Origin: Amoebidium appalachense | Lineage: Eukaryota; Protista; Ichthyosporea | Assembly (NCBI GenBank): GCA_963693365.1 | Contig: CAVNZM010000008.1 | Location: 10,627,172 to 10,691,171 of the forward strand | Length of the DNA: 64,000 nucleotides | Reading direction: 5' to 3' | In this document: piece after piece, positions 1 through 12,987 of the stretch | Layout of the letters: each line of letters opens with the position of its first letter | Position numbering within the stretch: position 1 is the first letter of the stretch | Notes under the pieces: model-generated | What the model was told of the DNA's origin: nothing | The model's database searches: none | What the model saw: the letters and a program-made list of their open reading frames with translations, nothing else | Made by a program: the position numbers and the translations under genes

Positions 1-8
1 GAAAAGGA

Positions 9-50
<42 letters not shown>

Positions 51-1499
51 GGGGCAAGGGGGAGGGGGGGGGGGGGGGGATGAAAAGGCTAGTGGGATAT
101 CGAATTATCACTGTGAACCATAAATCTAAGCCCCTTGAAAACAACACCGCGCGCATGCACGAAGACCAGGATGGGTAAACGTAAATTGACATGCCACAAA
201 GACAACCTGCAATAAACAGAGCATGTTTTTTGTTCAATCCGAGGCATCGATCTCCAATACTATGAGGCATCATTTCAAGTTGTTATCCAGTCAGACAAAC
301 ATGCACATTGACAGGGGACTTTTGTATCATACTGTAAAGACACCGCGAGTCGACAATGTGTGTCCGGGTGGTGGTGGTGATGGTGGGGTGTTTATGTGGT
401 GTGTGTGTGGAGGGGGGAAGGGGGGAAATAGGGGTTCAATTTGGGGTTTGGTGCATAAAGAAAGGCCCCCTAGATCAATTGAATGAATCACTCCGGGTCT
501 AAGATAAAATGAGCCATGGGGGGCCCAAGTGATCTTTGGTGCGTAGCTATAAGTGTTGGTTGGTTGGTTGGGTGGGGGGCGGGGGTGCAACCGTTGTTAT
601 AAGGCCTGCCTGCGTCTGAATGATTGATGAGCCTCAGGGGCAAATGCCTTGTGTACTTGACAGATACGTGTGAGGAGAAAAAAATGTGTAAGCAAAAGTG
701 CAAAACACGTTCTGACGCCCAAAAAATACCGTGAAACCACAAAACGTTTTTTGAAATCACACTACAACTTGCTACACGACACCTCAACGAAGAGCACAAC
801 ACAATATACCAATGCAGTATGGGCAGAGCCCGTTCTTCACGTGTGTTCCACAAACCGCAGGGGAGGAAGAGAGGAATCTGCACGCAGCCGGGGGGGGGGG
901 GGGGGGATGATGCGAGACAGTTATGAAGCACACACACGACGGATAACATCATGCATATTGCAGAACACTGGGGATGTTTAGGACAGTGCAGCACCTGATA
1001 TTCAGAGGTTTGTGTGGTTGGAAAGGTCTGGGGGACAGCCGCCAGGTCTCGGCAGGCAAGTGAACTTTATCAAGAATACAGCCTGGCTCCCAGAGCACAC
1101 TTACGGCCCATACACAGCCCTTTCAGCAATATTCTTACACCCACTAGTAGCCCTGTCCCGTACCGGCCATAGTGGTCTTGCAAAAAACTGGACACACACA
1201 CACACACACACAGAAACACACCCTACATATTGCGGTGGATGATCTTATTCCCTTTCGTTGTCACTAACGTTACACCTTCGCACAACATGTGGTAGCATCA
1301 TATCAAATCGACAGATCGGTCGGTCCTAAAATAGTTTTAAGTGATTTGGAACAGCCGTGGTCATACTTGAGAGAGAGGTACATACAACATTTGCAAGGGA
1401 CAAATCAACACCCGATTCATACATGTAAATGATAACTGGGTCTGAGATGTCATCTGCACCTGGAGCCAAGCAGGCTGACACTGCTTTTGAACGGAACGT

Positions 1500-2259
1500 C
1501 TATTGTTGGTTGCGCATGGCATCAAGACGGTTGACAATGAAGAAGGTGGTGTCCAAGAAACGCTCGACACAGTTGGTCAAGCATGCCTGTTCCTTGTTGG
1601 ACAGAGAGTTGCCCGGGGTGCCTGCAGGCAACAGAATCAGCACCGACGCAATCAAACTCAAGGTACCTTCACCATTAAGGGATGACACACAAAGTGCAAC
1701 TTGCTCGACCAAACTCTGATCCCGTGTCCAAAGCCCCCCCCCCCCCCCCCCAAAAAAAAACCCCCTTTCATCGCCTGCAACTCAAAGCCCACCTGCAGAG
1801 TTCCCACCTGCATTCTATAATAACACAAGGACAAGTCTGATGCACAGTGCATAGCATACACTTATGTACAGATGCTCACCGAGACTATGGGATCAACAAG
1901 ACAAATAGCAGCAATACCGGCAAGAGCCCTTTTCGACAGCCCTACCTCCCCCTCCTATCAAGTGGACATAATGACCAAGCCCCCCCCCCCCCCCCAACCA
2001 CAACCAAACACCCCACCCTTTAAAAAGAGCTTCTTTTCATTTAGAAAATATAAAGCCCAACAAAACAATAACAGCTCACTAATATTAACAGGCCTTCTTT
2101 GTTGTAACGTTAACACCCATTTTCTCACTCACCGATACACTTCTCCCAGCACTCGTCGGTGAAAGTGTGAACCATCTGCTGGAAGCGAGCCTTCTGGTTC
2201 TCAATCTCAAGGAACTGCTGGAGCTCAGCCTTGGAAGCGGCATCAAGTTCGCCAGACAT
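1500..2259 (-). CDS. TIM8: Small Tim mitochondrial intermembrane-space chaperone Tim8 (twin CX3C), 82 aa; exons 2259-2133, 1621-1500
   Basis: Spliced product MSGELDAASKAELQQFLEIENQKARFQQMVHTFTDECWEKCIG-TPGNSLSNKEQACLTNCVERFLDTTFFIVNRLDAMRNQQ*. Twin CX3C (CWEKC, CLTNC) and CVERFLDT motif. GT-AG intron in phase 1. ATG is preceded by CAG, a probable 5'UTR intron acceptor. Confidence 0.93.
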
Positions 2260-3502
2260 CTGTATAGTACGTTGGTTAGAAAACCAAAACACATGGACAC
2301 AAGCAACATGAGGCAGACAACAACAAAAGCAGGCAGTAACAGTAACAGTAACCTGACGCCTTGAAAGGTGGTGCAAAACAGGGGTGCAAAAAGCCTCGGC
2401 AGAGAAGCTTGATGTAGAAATCCGGTGCAGTATAACGTGAAGGAAAGGCAGATGCTAGAAACAGAATTTCCCAAGACCAAAGACAAGCAAGCCCACAAAG
2501 AGGGAATGCCGGTGAGTAGGCTTGGTGTTACTTTCGTTTGGGTGAAAATTGAACTTCGTCCTTGCACAGGCTCGAAGCACAGAGTGTACCAAACAACCAC
2601 ACGCCTAAAAATACCGTTTTTACTGACGGGAAAAAAAGAGGCCTCCGCTACGAGAAGTAACAAGATTCTGACCCCTGAAAGTTTCTCAAATCTTCCTGTT
2701 CTCCTGCCTTCCGTCGCCGATCCTTCGCCTCCAGTCCTCTATTTATCCTGTTACCTAAACTTTTTTCCCAATAGCCTTTCTTTTAAATGCACACTGACCT
2801 TAGCAAGTTTAAAGCGCCGAGGCGAAAGATTAAAAATAGTAGTTTTTCAGTTTCACGTTTCGTGGATGTGTGTCTGTGCCTCGTGGTGTCATGCACACAC
2901 GAAAAAAGGGCAGCTCTGGCTCCGCAGCATGCGTGAGCCTGGGAAGCCGTTACCCTAATTAGGTAATAGACTCAAACCCGTAAACAACAGCTAATCAACA
3001 CGACGTATCTGTTACTTATTTTGGAAAGACGATTGGAAGGAGGTAAAGAAAAGTGGATGTGGCCGTTGGAAGCACTTGGACACTTGGGCCACTTGGCCTA
3101 GGCCTTCAACTGTTCAGAAAGGACTCGGTCGGTCAGTTCGGAAGTAGGATGCCATGTTTTGATAAGGTTTATGGAATGGGATTAATATTTTGTCAGGTCC
3201 GAGCCTTCTATTGAGAGTAACAGACGAATAGTTTCTAATACACTGACAGGTACACGCACACACACGCTCTCACCATACAATCATAAGGCTGAAACGTGTA
3301 GCCCATTCGCTTCTTTCAAGCTGGAAAGCTATGTAGGAGAGGATTCGACATTCTCTCAGAGCGTAGCCTAGAAATATTCCTGCTAGCATAGATTGGCGTT
3401 GCGAGCCGTATAGTGCTATCATGAACTAAACACGTTCCAGCTTTGTCTAAGGAAAGTAATTTAACGTGATGCCACTGGTAGCGTTACATAGCACCAGATA
3501 AG

Positions 3503-4093
3503 ATGGAGCTCTATGACTTGCCAGATGAAGTGCTAAAGCTTGTGTTTCACTGTCTGACACCATACGACTTGGCTCGTGTGGCGCGAACATGTCGCAGGTG
3601 GGTTTACCTTGCAGTGTTTGCCACCACGGGCATGCAAGTATGCAGTCAAAGGGAAATAAACGACTGCGTGAGCGCAGGAAGCAAAACCGAATCTCTGCGT
3701 AACGTGATGTTTTCTGTGATTTAAAAAGTGCCTCGTACACTACAGGGTCCACTGTCGAATGCTCACAATTTTGCCCTTACCCTGTCTTTGAGGGATCCTC
3801 GTCTTGTGTTTCCCCAACTGCCTCTCTCTGGCTCCTTCCCTCCCTCCCTCCCTCCCTCCCTCTCTCCTCCCCCTCTCTCTCCCCCTCTCCCTCTATCTCC
3901 CCCCTTCCCCGCCCTCCTCTCCCCCCCCCCCCCCCTCCAGTCCTCCCCCCCCATCTCTCTCCCCCTCCCTCACCTCCCCCCCCCCCCCCCTTCCCCCCCC
4001 CCCCCCCCCCCGCGCCCTGCATCCACGCCGCCGCTATCTCCCCAACCCATTTACCTGTTTCGCAGTTCTGCACTCTCTTCTCCCTCCCTCTCA

Positions 4094-4125
<32 letters not shown>

Positions 4126-4335
4126 GCTTCCCCACACACACCCATACCCACACACCTAAATCCTCCGTCCTTCCCGCTTCCCCCTCTCTCTTCCCCCCTT
4201 AGCGTTTTGGATGGCCCTTCCTTCCTCTCTAGACACCCTTTTACCTCCCGAGGCTTGCTTACGGGCTCTTGTACATATTGGTAAAACGTGCTTTCTATCA
4301 TCCTTTCCAATACTCCACCACATTTCCCTACCTCC

Positions 4336-4366
<31 letters not shown>

Positions 4367-4605
4367 GAAGAAAAAAAAATAGGGGGGGGGGGGGGGGGGG
4401 GGGGGAGGGGAGACAAAGAATAGCCATTCTGTTACATCTTCTTATCGTGCTCTCTGGTTGGCCCGCTTCTCGTCCCTCCCCCCCCCCCCTCTCCCCTCTC
4501 CCGGTCCCCCGGTTGCCCGTTTCCCGTTTCCCTCTGTCTCGCCCTTCCCCCCTCCTGCCCCACTCCTACCTCTCTACCAAGCTGGTTCATTTACCCCTTT
4601 TGTAG

Positions 4606-4640
<35 letters not shown>

Positions 4641-5741
4641 ACGCCGGGCTCTTTCTTCCCTTCATAACTTACGATCCGTGGTTCTCCCTCCCTCCGTTTG
4701 GTGGAGGGAATCCTTTGATGGGTTTGTTGTAAGTATTTTTTGCCTGCTCACTTGCTTGGTTTCCACTTTCTTGTGTTTTTCTTTTCGCCACATCTGTGCA
4801 CTCGTTAAACTTTTCTTTCCTACCCGCCATCCCCCTGCTTCTGCTTACTGCTGCAACTTTAACCCCCGGCCTTTCCCACTGCCCTTGCCTGCATAAGCAA
4901 CCCTGCTCGTCTCTGATCAAGACGGGTGACCTACCCATGTTCAAGTGAAACAGTATCTGAGTTGGGTTTCGTTAACGAGGGGAATAGGTCGAAACTCGGG
5001 TACTGTGGATGACGTGGGCCCCCCCTGAGGATGGGCTCTGCTTATTATGCATACTCTTTATGTATGGCTTGCATTCTGCATCGTGTTATCCGTTTGTTCT
5101 TGTGTACTTCGTACTTTTTAACGCATTCAAACCCCCCCCCCCCCCCCCCCCCCCCCACCCCACCCCTCCCCCTTCCCTTCCTCTTCTTACCGCCCTACCC
5201 CATTCCTCCTCCATTGCCACCACCCATCCACCCACCCAATCCCATCCCCTCCGCCTCCCGGCCTAAATATGTACATAGAGTTTAGATGATAAAACAACAA
5301 ATGACACCCACAAGCACACCCGCCTGCACGCGAGTGTATCAACACACACGTGTACGCGTACGCAAGCAAGCGCGCGCACACACACATACACACAAGATAC
5401 ACACACATGCACACACCCTACCGTGCACACATATCGGTGCGGGCTGATACATACACACACTTACACACACACAACGTATACATACATCCACACACAAATA
5501 CAAGCACACACTGTATCCCTCTCACCCATATGCTGACTCAAAAATCCAACCCTTCACGGGCTTGTGGGACCTCAATACACACGTGATACATCAACTTATT
5601 CAACCATCACATCACACTGACAGGCACACCTTTACCCTTGTCATAATCTCCCCCCCCCCCCCCCCCCCCCACCTCTCTCTCTCCCCCGCCCACATCCTGA
5701 CTGACCATTCCCTGCTCGCTTGTTCTTTTCGTTATCTGGAA

Positions 5742-5785
<44 letters not shown>

Positions 5786-7113
5786 TTCCTTGCAATGGAC
5801 TGTTTACCTACATTAGGCTGCATCTGTCCGAGTCTCACTCCCCCCCCCCCCCCCCCCCTCCCCCCCCCCCGGGGTCCTTCTTTCCCTTACGCCATGCTGC
5901 GCACAATCATTTCAATTGTCTTCTGTTGGACAATTTGTACGCAAACCCCCCTTAATTCGTTTTATGGATTACAGCACATACTTATTCCTCCTCCTAACCC
6001 CCCTTAATTCGTTTTATGGATTACAGCACATACTTATTCGTCCTCCCCCCTCCCCCCGCTCCACCCCAAAGCACCCTTTTCCCCTCCCCTGCCTTCCTTC
6101 CCTTCCTCCCCCCCATCCCCCCCCCCTCACGCACCCGCCACACACCCACCCCCCCCCCCTCCCCGGCTCTCGTGCACCCCCCGTCATCCCCCCCCCCCCC
6201 CCCCCGCTTCCCCTTCACTTTCCTTTTCTCCTCCCCCCCCCCCCCCTGCCCCCCCCCTTCCCCCCCCCCCCCCCCCCCCCTCCGCCCTTCGTTTCCATCC
6301 ACACAGATTCAAGGCGCTTCTCCACGACCACCTATTCAGTGGGTACCAGGGATTATGTCTGCAGCACTGCCTGAGTGCTTATGGGAGGGTGCCCAGATGG
6401 TTGGTCTTAAACGTGCACCACTGGGCAATCATGCGGCAGGACCACCTTCCTGTGTTAAGATACCTCGCTGATACCTTGCTCAAGCGGGTATGTGTGTGTG
6501 TAAGGGAGGGGGATGGGGGGAGGGGAGGGTGGGGGGGGTGGGGCAGTGGAAGAAGAGAGGCGGAGGGGGAGAGGGTAGAGCGCGCGGGGGGAGTAGGGGG
6601 CAGGGTGGAGGGAGGGATGGATTTAACATGGAGATGGGAGGAGAGAGAGTGGGAGCAGGATGGGGTTGTAAAGGAATGGTGTAGTGGTGGTGGTGTTGGG
6701 GGGGGGGGGGGGGGAGGGATGGCCGGGGGCAGGGGGGGGGGGGGGGAGGAGAGGAGGGGGAGGGAGGGGGGGGGGGGGGGGGAGGGAAGAAGGGAGGAGG
6801 GTAGGCTGCTGAAGGTTTGTATGGGATTCGGGGGGAGAGGGGGGAAAGGGGGAACTGGACAAGCATGGGTGCAGGGCTGTAAGGGTTTTTCTTTTTTTGC
6901 TTTAACCCATCTATATTTTTTGTTCTTTATTTTCTTCTTCTTATCTCATCATTCTTCTTCTTTCTCTTCTTATTGTGATCCCCCCCCCCCCTCCCCCTCT
7001 CCCCCACACACCCATAAGCACCAGGCCCGACCACCTCCGTTATGCAACGATCCACCCACTTGGCTTAATCGTTTCCCCGTTCTCTCATTTCCTCTCCACA
7101 TACCCCCTCACAT

Positions 7114-7148
<35 letters not shown>

Positions 7149-7172
7149 ACACACGCACGCACACACACACAC

Positions 7173-7211
<39 letters not shown>

Positions 7212-8279
7212 GCATGCAAACACATACACACACACACGTACCCCCCCCCCCCCCCACACACACACACATGCAGGGTCGTGAGATGAAGTTAGAGTCTTTA
7301 AGTCTTGGGCGGGAATGCCAACCTCATGACAGCAACATTTATGATGTGGCCAGAATGGGGCCACTTCTGCACCTGACCGTAAAGGACTGCAGAAGAATAT
7401 CCCCTTCTGGTGCGTGATATCCCCCTTAACAACTAAACCGGAATATCTCGATATTTCCTTTGTGTGGTGGATCATGATGCTCCACAAGAATAATGTTATA
7501 TATATGGACAAAGAAAACCATTGGGTTAATTGTTACGTAATATCTTTCTTAAACGACTGATCCGGATTTTCTAGATATTTTTTGTGGCGATATTTTTCTG
7601 TGTGGTGAATACTGATGCCCGAAAAGAATAACACACGCACGGACAAACATTCACACATGTTCTTAGTTACATAAATCTTGATGTGTAAGTGGATGGACTT
7701 GCATACTTGTGTAAAGTTGCATACACATATGCCCATGGCCCACATGTGCGCTCCATGCACCCATGCACGCGCACAAATGTTCACAAACATTCACACATGG
7801 GTGCCTATCCGTACAATGTTCTGTGCAGGTTAGTAAGGAGCGGGATGTGTGAGCTTTTGTGTGTGCTACTGTGTGCGTTTGTAAGTGCACCTTGGCACAT
7901 ATGGACACACACACATTACACCCACACATGAGCACAGACACATACACATATTCACAACCGCTGCGCGTGCACCCAGATCTTTTAATACCCACACTTCGAC
8001 ACACCCATTTAAACTATCACATATATTATTGATGTGCATGGGCCCTTTTTTTGGTTAGCTTGCTTCCCTTATCCCCCCCCTCCCCCCCCCCCCCCCCCTC
8101 CCCACACACACACGCACACACGCACTCACCACTACAACACACGTTCCCACCTTACCGCCCATCCTCCCACCTTCCTTCCATCTCCTTCTCCTCTCACATG
8201 CATTTACGCAACCACCACATCGCCCATCTCCCAACCACACACTCCTTCTTCTTTGTATTTATTTTAAAATTTTGATTTC

Positions 8280-8334
<55 letters not shown>

Positions 8335-8799
8335 TTATTTTAGGATATGCGCACCTGGGTTAACTCTCTCGTTTCCAAAGTCTTTCTCTAACCAATACTC
8401 CTTTTTTTATTTTTTATTTTTTATATTAAAGAATATGCACACCTGGGTCAACTCTCTCGTCTCCGGAGTCTTTTTCTTACCAACACTCCTTCTCTTTTGA
8501 TTGCTTTACTTTTAATGTAAATATTTTTTAGGATTGGGGCACCTGGGTAACTCTCTCTTCTCCAGAGTCTTTCTCTTACCAACGCTCCATTTTTTTTATT
8601 TTTTTTTCCAGGGTTTGTGAATCTGGGTCAGCTCTCTCGTCTCCAGAGTCTTTCTCTTACCAACGTGCAGTGTGGAGACATGCCCCTATGGACCACTCTC
8701 ACCTCACTTACCTCTGTGTTTATCGACCACTCAAACACTCTGGTCGATGCCTCATTTATTGCTGCCCTTCCGGTACTTGAACAGGCGAGTTTTGCCTCT

Positions 8800-8830
<31 letters not shown>

Positions 8831-8928
8831 TTCCCCGCCGGGGGCCTGGGCTGACCACCACCACCAACCAAATACACTAACAAATAACAAATACACACAC
8901 ACACACAGTATCTCCCAGGGACCAGGGG

Positions 8929-8984
<56 letters not shown>

Positions 8985-9205
8985 GGGGGGAGGGTTTAAG
9001 GCTAAGGTTAAGGTTGAGGGACGGGGACCTCACGCCACTTTTAAAAGGGTACGTTCTAGAGAGGGGGGGAAGACATTTTATGCATGTCCATATATGGTAG
9101 TGCTGTTGTCTAGTGGGTGGGAGGGCTTTCCCTCTTTAGAACTTGTGATGTGTCTAGTGGGGGAGGACCATTTCTAGACCCTTACCCTCCCCCCCCCCTC
9201 CCCCC

Positions 9206-9242
<37 letters not shown>

Positions 9243-9838
9243 CATTGGTTATTAATGTCTTTTTTGGTTTTGTGCTAAATTATGTGTTAAGAAATCTTTG
9301 CTTCCCATGCCACCCACCCTGAATGCAAACATCCCCCCTCCCCCCTTACTCCCCTCCCTCCCTCCTCCCATCTCCTCCCCTCCCCTCTATTCCCCTCACG
9401 AGTTCCCTATCCTGCTCCCTCCTTCCCCTCACCCTCCCTCTCCCACTTTCTGCCCGGTCACCCCCCCCCCCCCCCTTGCCCCTCTTACCTTATCCCTTAC
9501 TCATTTCTTCTTAACCCCTTGTAGAATTCGGAAAAATATTTTGGTGTTATGATATGCAGACAATAGACAACTGATGTTTTGTTTTGCCACAGGTTGCCCT
9601 CTCGCACTGTCCTATGCTCGCCCACATCACCCTCACTTCTCCGCTTGAACGATTGCAAAGAGTCTCCCTCGGGGGATGCCGAAGAGTGGATGACTCGACA
9701 CTTGAGTTTTTGGCGTGTTGCCCTGGTCTGGTGGAGTTGGATTTGACGGATTGCTTTGCCGTAACAGGTGTGTGTGATGGTTCCTTTTTTCTTTCGTTTA
9801 TTTTCTTTCTGTTTTTGGGGGGGGGGGGGGGGGGGGGG

Positions 9839-9921
<83 letters not shown>

Positions 9922-10284
9922 CGCGCGCGCGCGCGCGCGTCTGTGTGCCGGTGCGTGTGCGTGTGCGTGTATGTTTTTTTGGAGGTGAGAGGGAAGAGGA
10001 TGTAAGTGTGTGGGTGTGTGTGGGTGTGTGTGTGGGTGGGGGGGGGGGGAAGGATGGGGGAGGGTTGGACATGTAGGTACGTGTTTGGGTTTGTTCCCGG
10101 GAAAGTGCAAGTCGGTAAGTGCACGTGCACACGTTCATAATCCCCTCTCCCCCCCCCCTCCCCCCCCCCCCCCCCCCCCCCCCCCCAGTACGCACACATA
10201 TGCAAACACATGCACATACACGCCTGTGCAGGCGCATGCGCAGAGACATGCACACCTGCACACACACGCGCGCGCGCGCGCACG

Positions 10285-10320
<36 letters not shown>

Positions 10321-10447
10321 GGCACGGGTCTTCAGCCAGTGATGCTGCCCAAAATCGAAATTCTGTCCGTTGCCCAGTGTCCCTTTTTGGCTGACGTGGC
10401 CCTTGCAAACGTTGCACGGTTGACTACCCTAGTCGAGGTAAGGCCCC

Positions 10448-10478
<31 letters not shown>

Positions 10479-10830
10479 GTTCTTTTTGCTCTTTTGCTTT
10501 TTGAGCACACAAACACAAGATACATGGTCAGTGGGGGCAAAAGAGCCTAATATTAGGTTTAGGGTAGGTTTTGTGTTGTACATAGGGTGGTCAGCACATG
10601 ATTTTATCGAACCAACGGTATTTCATAAACTTAGTCTGTCCCCCCCCCCCCCCCCCAAATAAATACAGTTATGACATGAAGATTAAGAAATGAATGGATG
10701 GAGTAAAAAGAAATAAATATCAGCTCGTTTCTAATTCCGCGCTCGTACATTGCCCCCCCCCCTCCCCCCTCCCCTTTTCCTACCCCGATTCCTCCTTCCA
10801 TCCATCGTTCTCTCGCCTCTTCCCCCTCTT

Positions 10831-10880
<50 letters not shown>

Positions 10881-11759
10881 AACAAAAAACAAAAAAAACA
10901 AAAAAAAAAACATCTTGGCCCCATCTCCACCCTAACAGCCACCCCTATCCACAGCTAGACCTTGAGGTTACCCCGGACACTGCCAGGTCTCCAGCCACCT
11001 TCGAGAAAGCACTTTCGAAGTTGGCTGCCTTGGCTCGCTTGGAATCTTTGGTATATGCATCCCCCCCCCCCCCCCCCGTTTGGAGCCCCCCTGAGGATGG
11101 GCTCTGCATATACTATGCATACTCTTTATGTGTGGTTTGCACTCTGCATTGTGTTGTGCGTTGTTTATGTGTACTTAGCACTTAATGACGAAATCTACCC
11201 CCCCCCCCCCCCCCCCCAAACACACACCCCCCCAACCCACCCCCCTTCCTCCCTCCCCTCTTCCCCCCCTTCTCAGGCCTCGCCGCCAAAAAGTGGTGTT
11301 TGATGCTCCTGTGTGTTCCTTGACATGTTATTGTGTATCACACAGCTTTGTTTGTTGTGTTACTTTGTATCCTGTAATGAACGGTATAGTGTTATGTGCA
11401 CTCTTGACCCCCCCCCCCCCCCCCCCCCCCCCCTCCTCATCCTCTGTTAGGCTTAGCCCCTCCTCCATTCTGCGAACACTTCAGCACTCGCATTGAAATG
11501 TAAGGTTTATTTGGCGCATTTATTTTATGGTCTATGTGCAAGATCAAACAAAAAAGAAGAAAAAAACGGTGAATTAGATAGTGATACACATGTAAACATA
11601 TCCCCAAATCAAAAGCACCAATCCTTACATAAATTTCAGAACTTGAGTGGCCGTCTTGTATCCAAGACTCTGCCCGAATTTTCGTTCATATCTGCCCTGA
11701 CTGCACTTCAGTCACTCACGCTGGTGGATTGTGCATTGACTGGTAGGTCTTTCGAGGAT

Positions 11760-11790
<31 letters not shown>

Positions 11791-11853
11791 GTGGTGATAG
11801 TGGTGTCATCTTTTAGTTTTTCCCCTCTGATAATACCTACCCTCGTATTTATC

Positions 11854-11884
<31 letters not shown>

Positions 11885-12209
11885 AAAAAATTAAAATAAA
11901 TAAAACAAAAAAACACACACACACACATACACACACACAGGCGCGCGCGCACACACACGCACGCGCGCGCCTGGATAAGTTGGTGCTTAACCCTGAGACT
12001 TTTGCATCAGTTTCGAAAATAAATGCATCGACGGCCATTGAAATTAAATAGCGCCTGTAACAGTTGCGTAATAGTCATGACGCCAGGAATTTTTGTTTAA
12101 TTTAGGATATGTTTTCTACTTTCGAAAAACACCAAGAACACCGGGTTTGACTATGTTTTTCTGTTTCTAGTGGGTGTTCTGTCAAACAGCGTCTATATTT
12201 TCATCGAGC

Positions 12210-12240
<31 letters not shown>

Positions 12241-12782
12241 TTTTTATTTTAGGCTGGCGGCAAGAGGATGCGCGGGATTCACGGATTCTAACCCTGGAAT
12301 CGATCATCGGATAAGTGCTCCAATCCGATTTGCTGTGACTCTTACGGGGATTTATATTACCTAACTCTCTCGATAGAAACCCCGCCGCGGCCGTCAAAAT
12401 CGACACAAATCACGTGTTCATAACACGTGCGGATGCATAGGAACACGCCGTTTTTTTTTTTTATGGCACACAAATAAAGACAAATATACATGTGCTTGTT
12501 GCAGTTTTGTCCACTTGGGCCGTTTTTAATGATTTTTTCTATTATTCAAATCTGGTCGATTTTGGCTTCCGGCCGATTGGCTCGGGGTTAAACGGAACCT
12601 TGGGGTTTCTGGATGTGTTGAAGGGGCTCCTTTATGATACTTACCCTTTGTGTATGCTCTCTTCTAAAAAATTCTGCACTTATGATTTTGGAGGCCTGTC
12701 GTGAATGTGTCCAGGTAACACATTCTAACCCCCCCAACCCTTAGCACACACAACACGCCCGCACGTGCGCGCACACACACAC

Positions 12783-12818
<36 letters not shown>

Positions 12819-12956
12819 CCGGGCACTGTGGGCATCTGAGGCGTCTACCTGCGCTTGTCCGTCTGGATGTGTCTGGGTGCCGCTATGTGGACAATGAGTG
12901 TCTGCGATCATTCGGCACACTGCCAAAACTTCAAGACATAAACATCGTTGGTATGA

Positions 12957-12987
<31 letters not shown>

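Noticed and set aside
4900-5020. Resemblance of the repeat to 5S rRNA (CTCGTCT..GATC, GTACT.TGGATG), a tRNA anticodon arm, or the glmS ribozyme
   Set aside because: The matches are short and not kept in subfamily B, whereas the hammerhead boxes and helices are.
4985-5040. Canonical type II hammerhead reading (GAAAC-TCGG-GTA site)
   Set aside because: The GUA site is absent in subfamily B, and stems I and II do not pair in that register.
8991-9020. Telomere-like GGGTTTAAGGCTAAGGTTAAGG
   Set aside because: Only a few degenerate units, which is insufficient for an interstitial telomere call.
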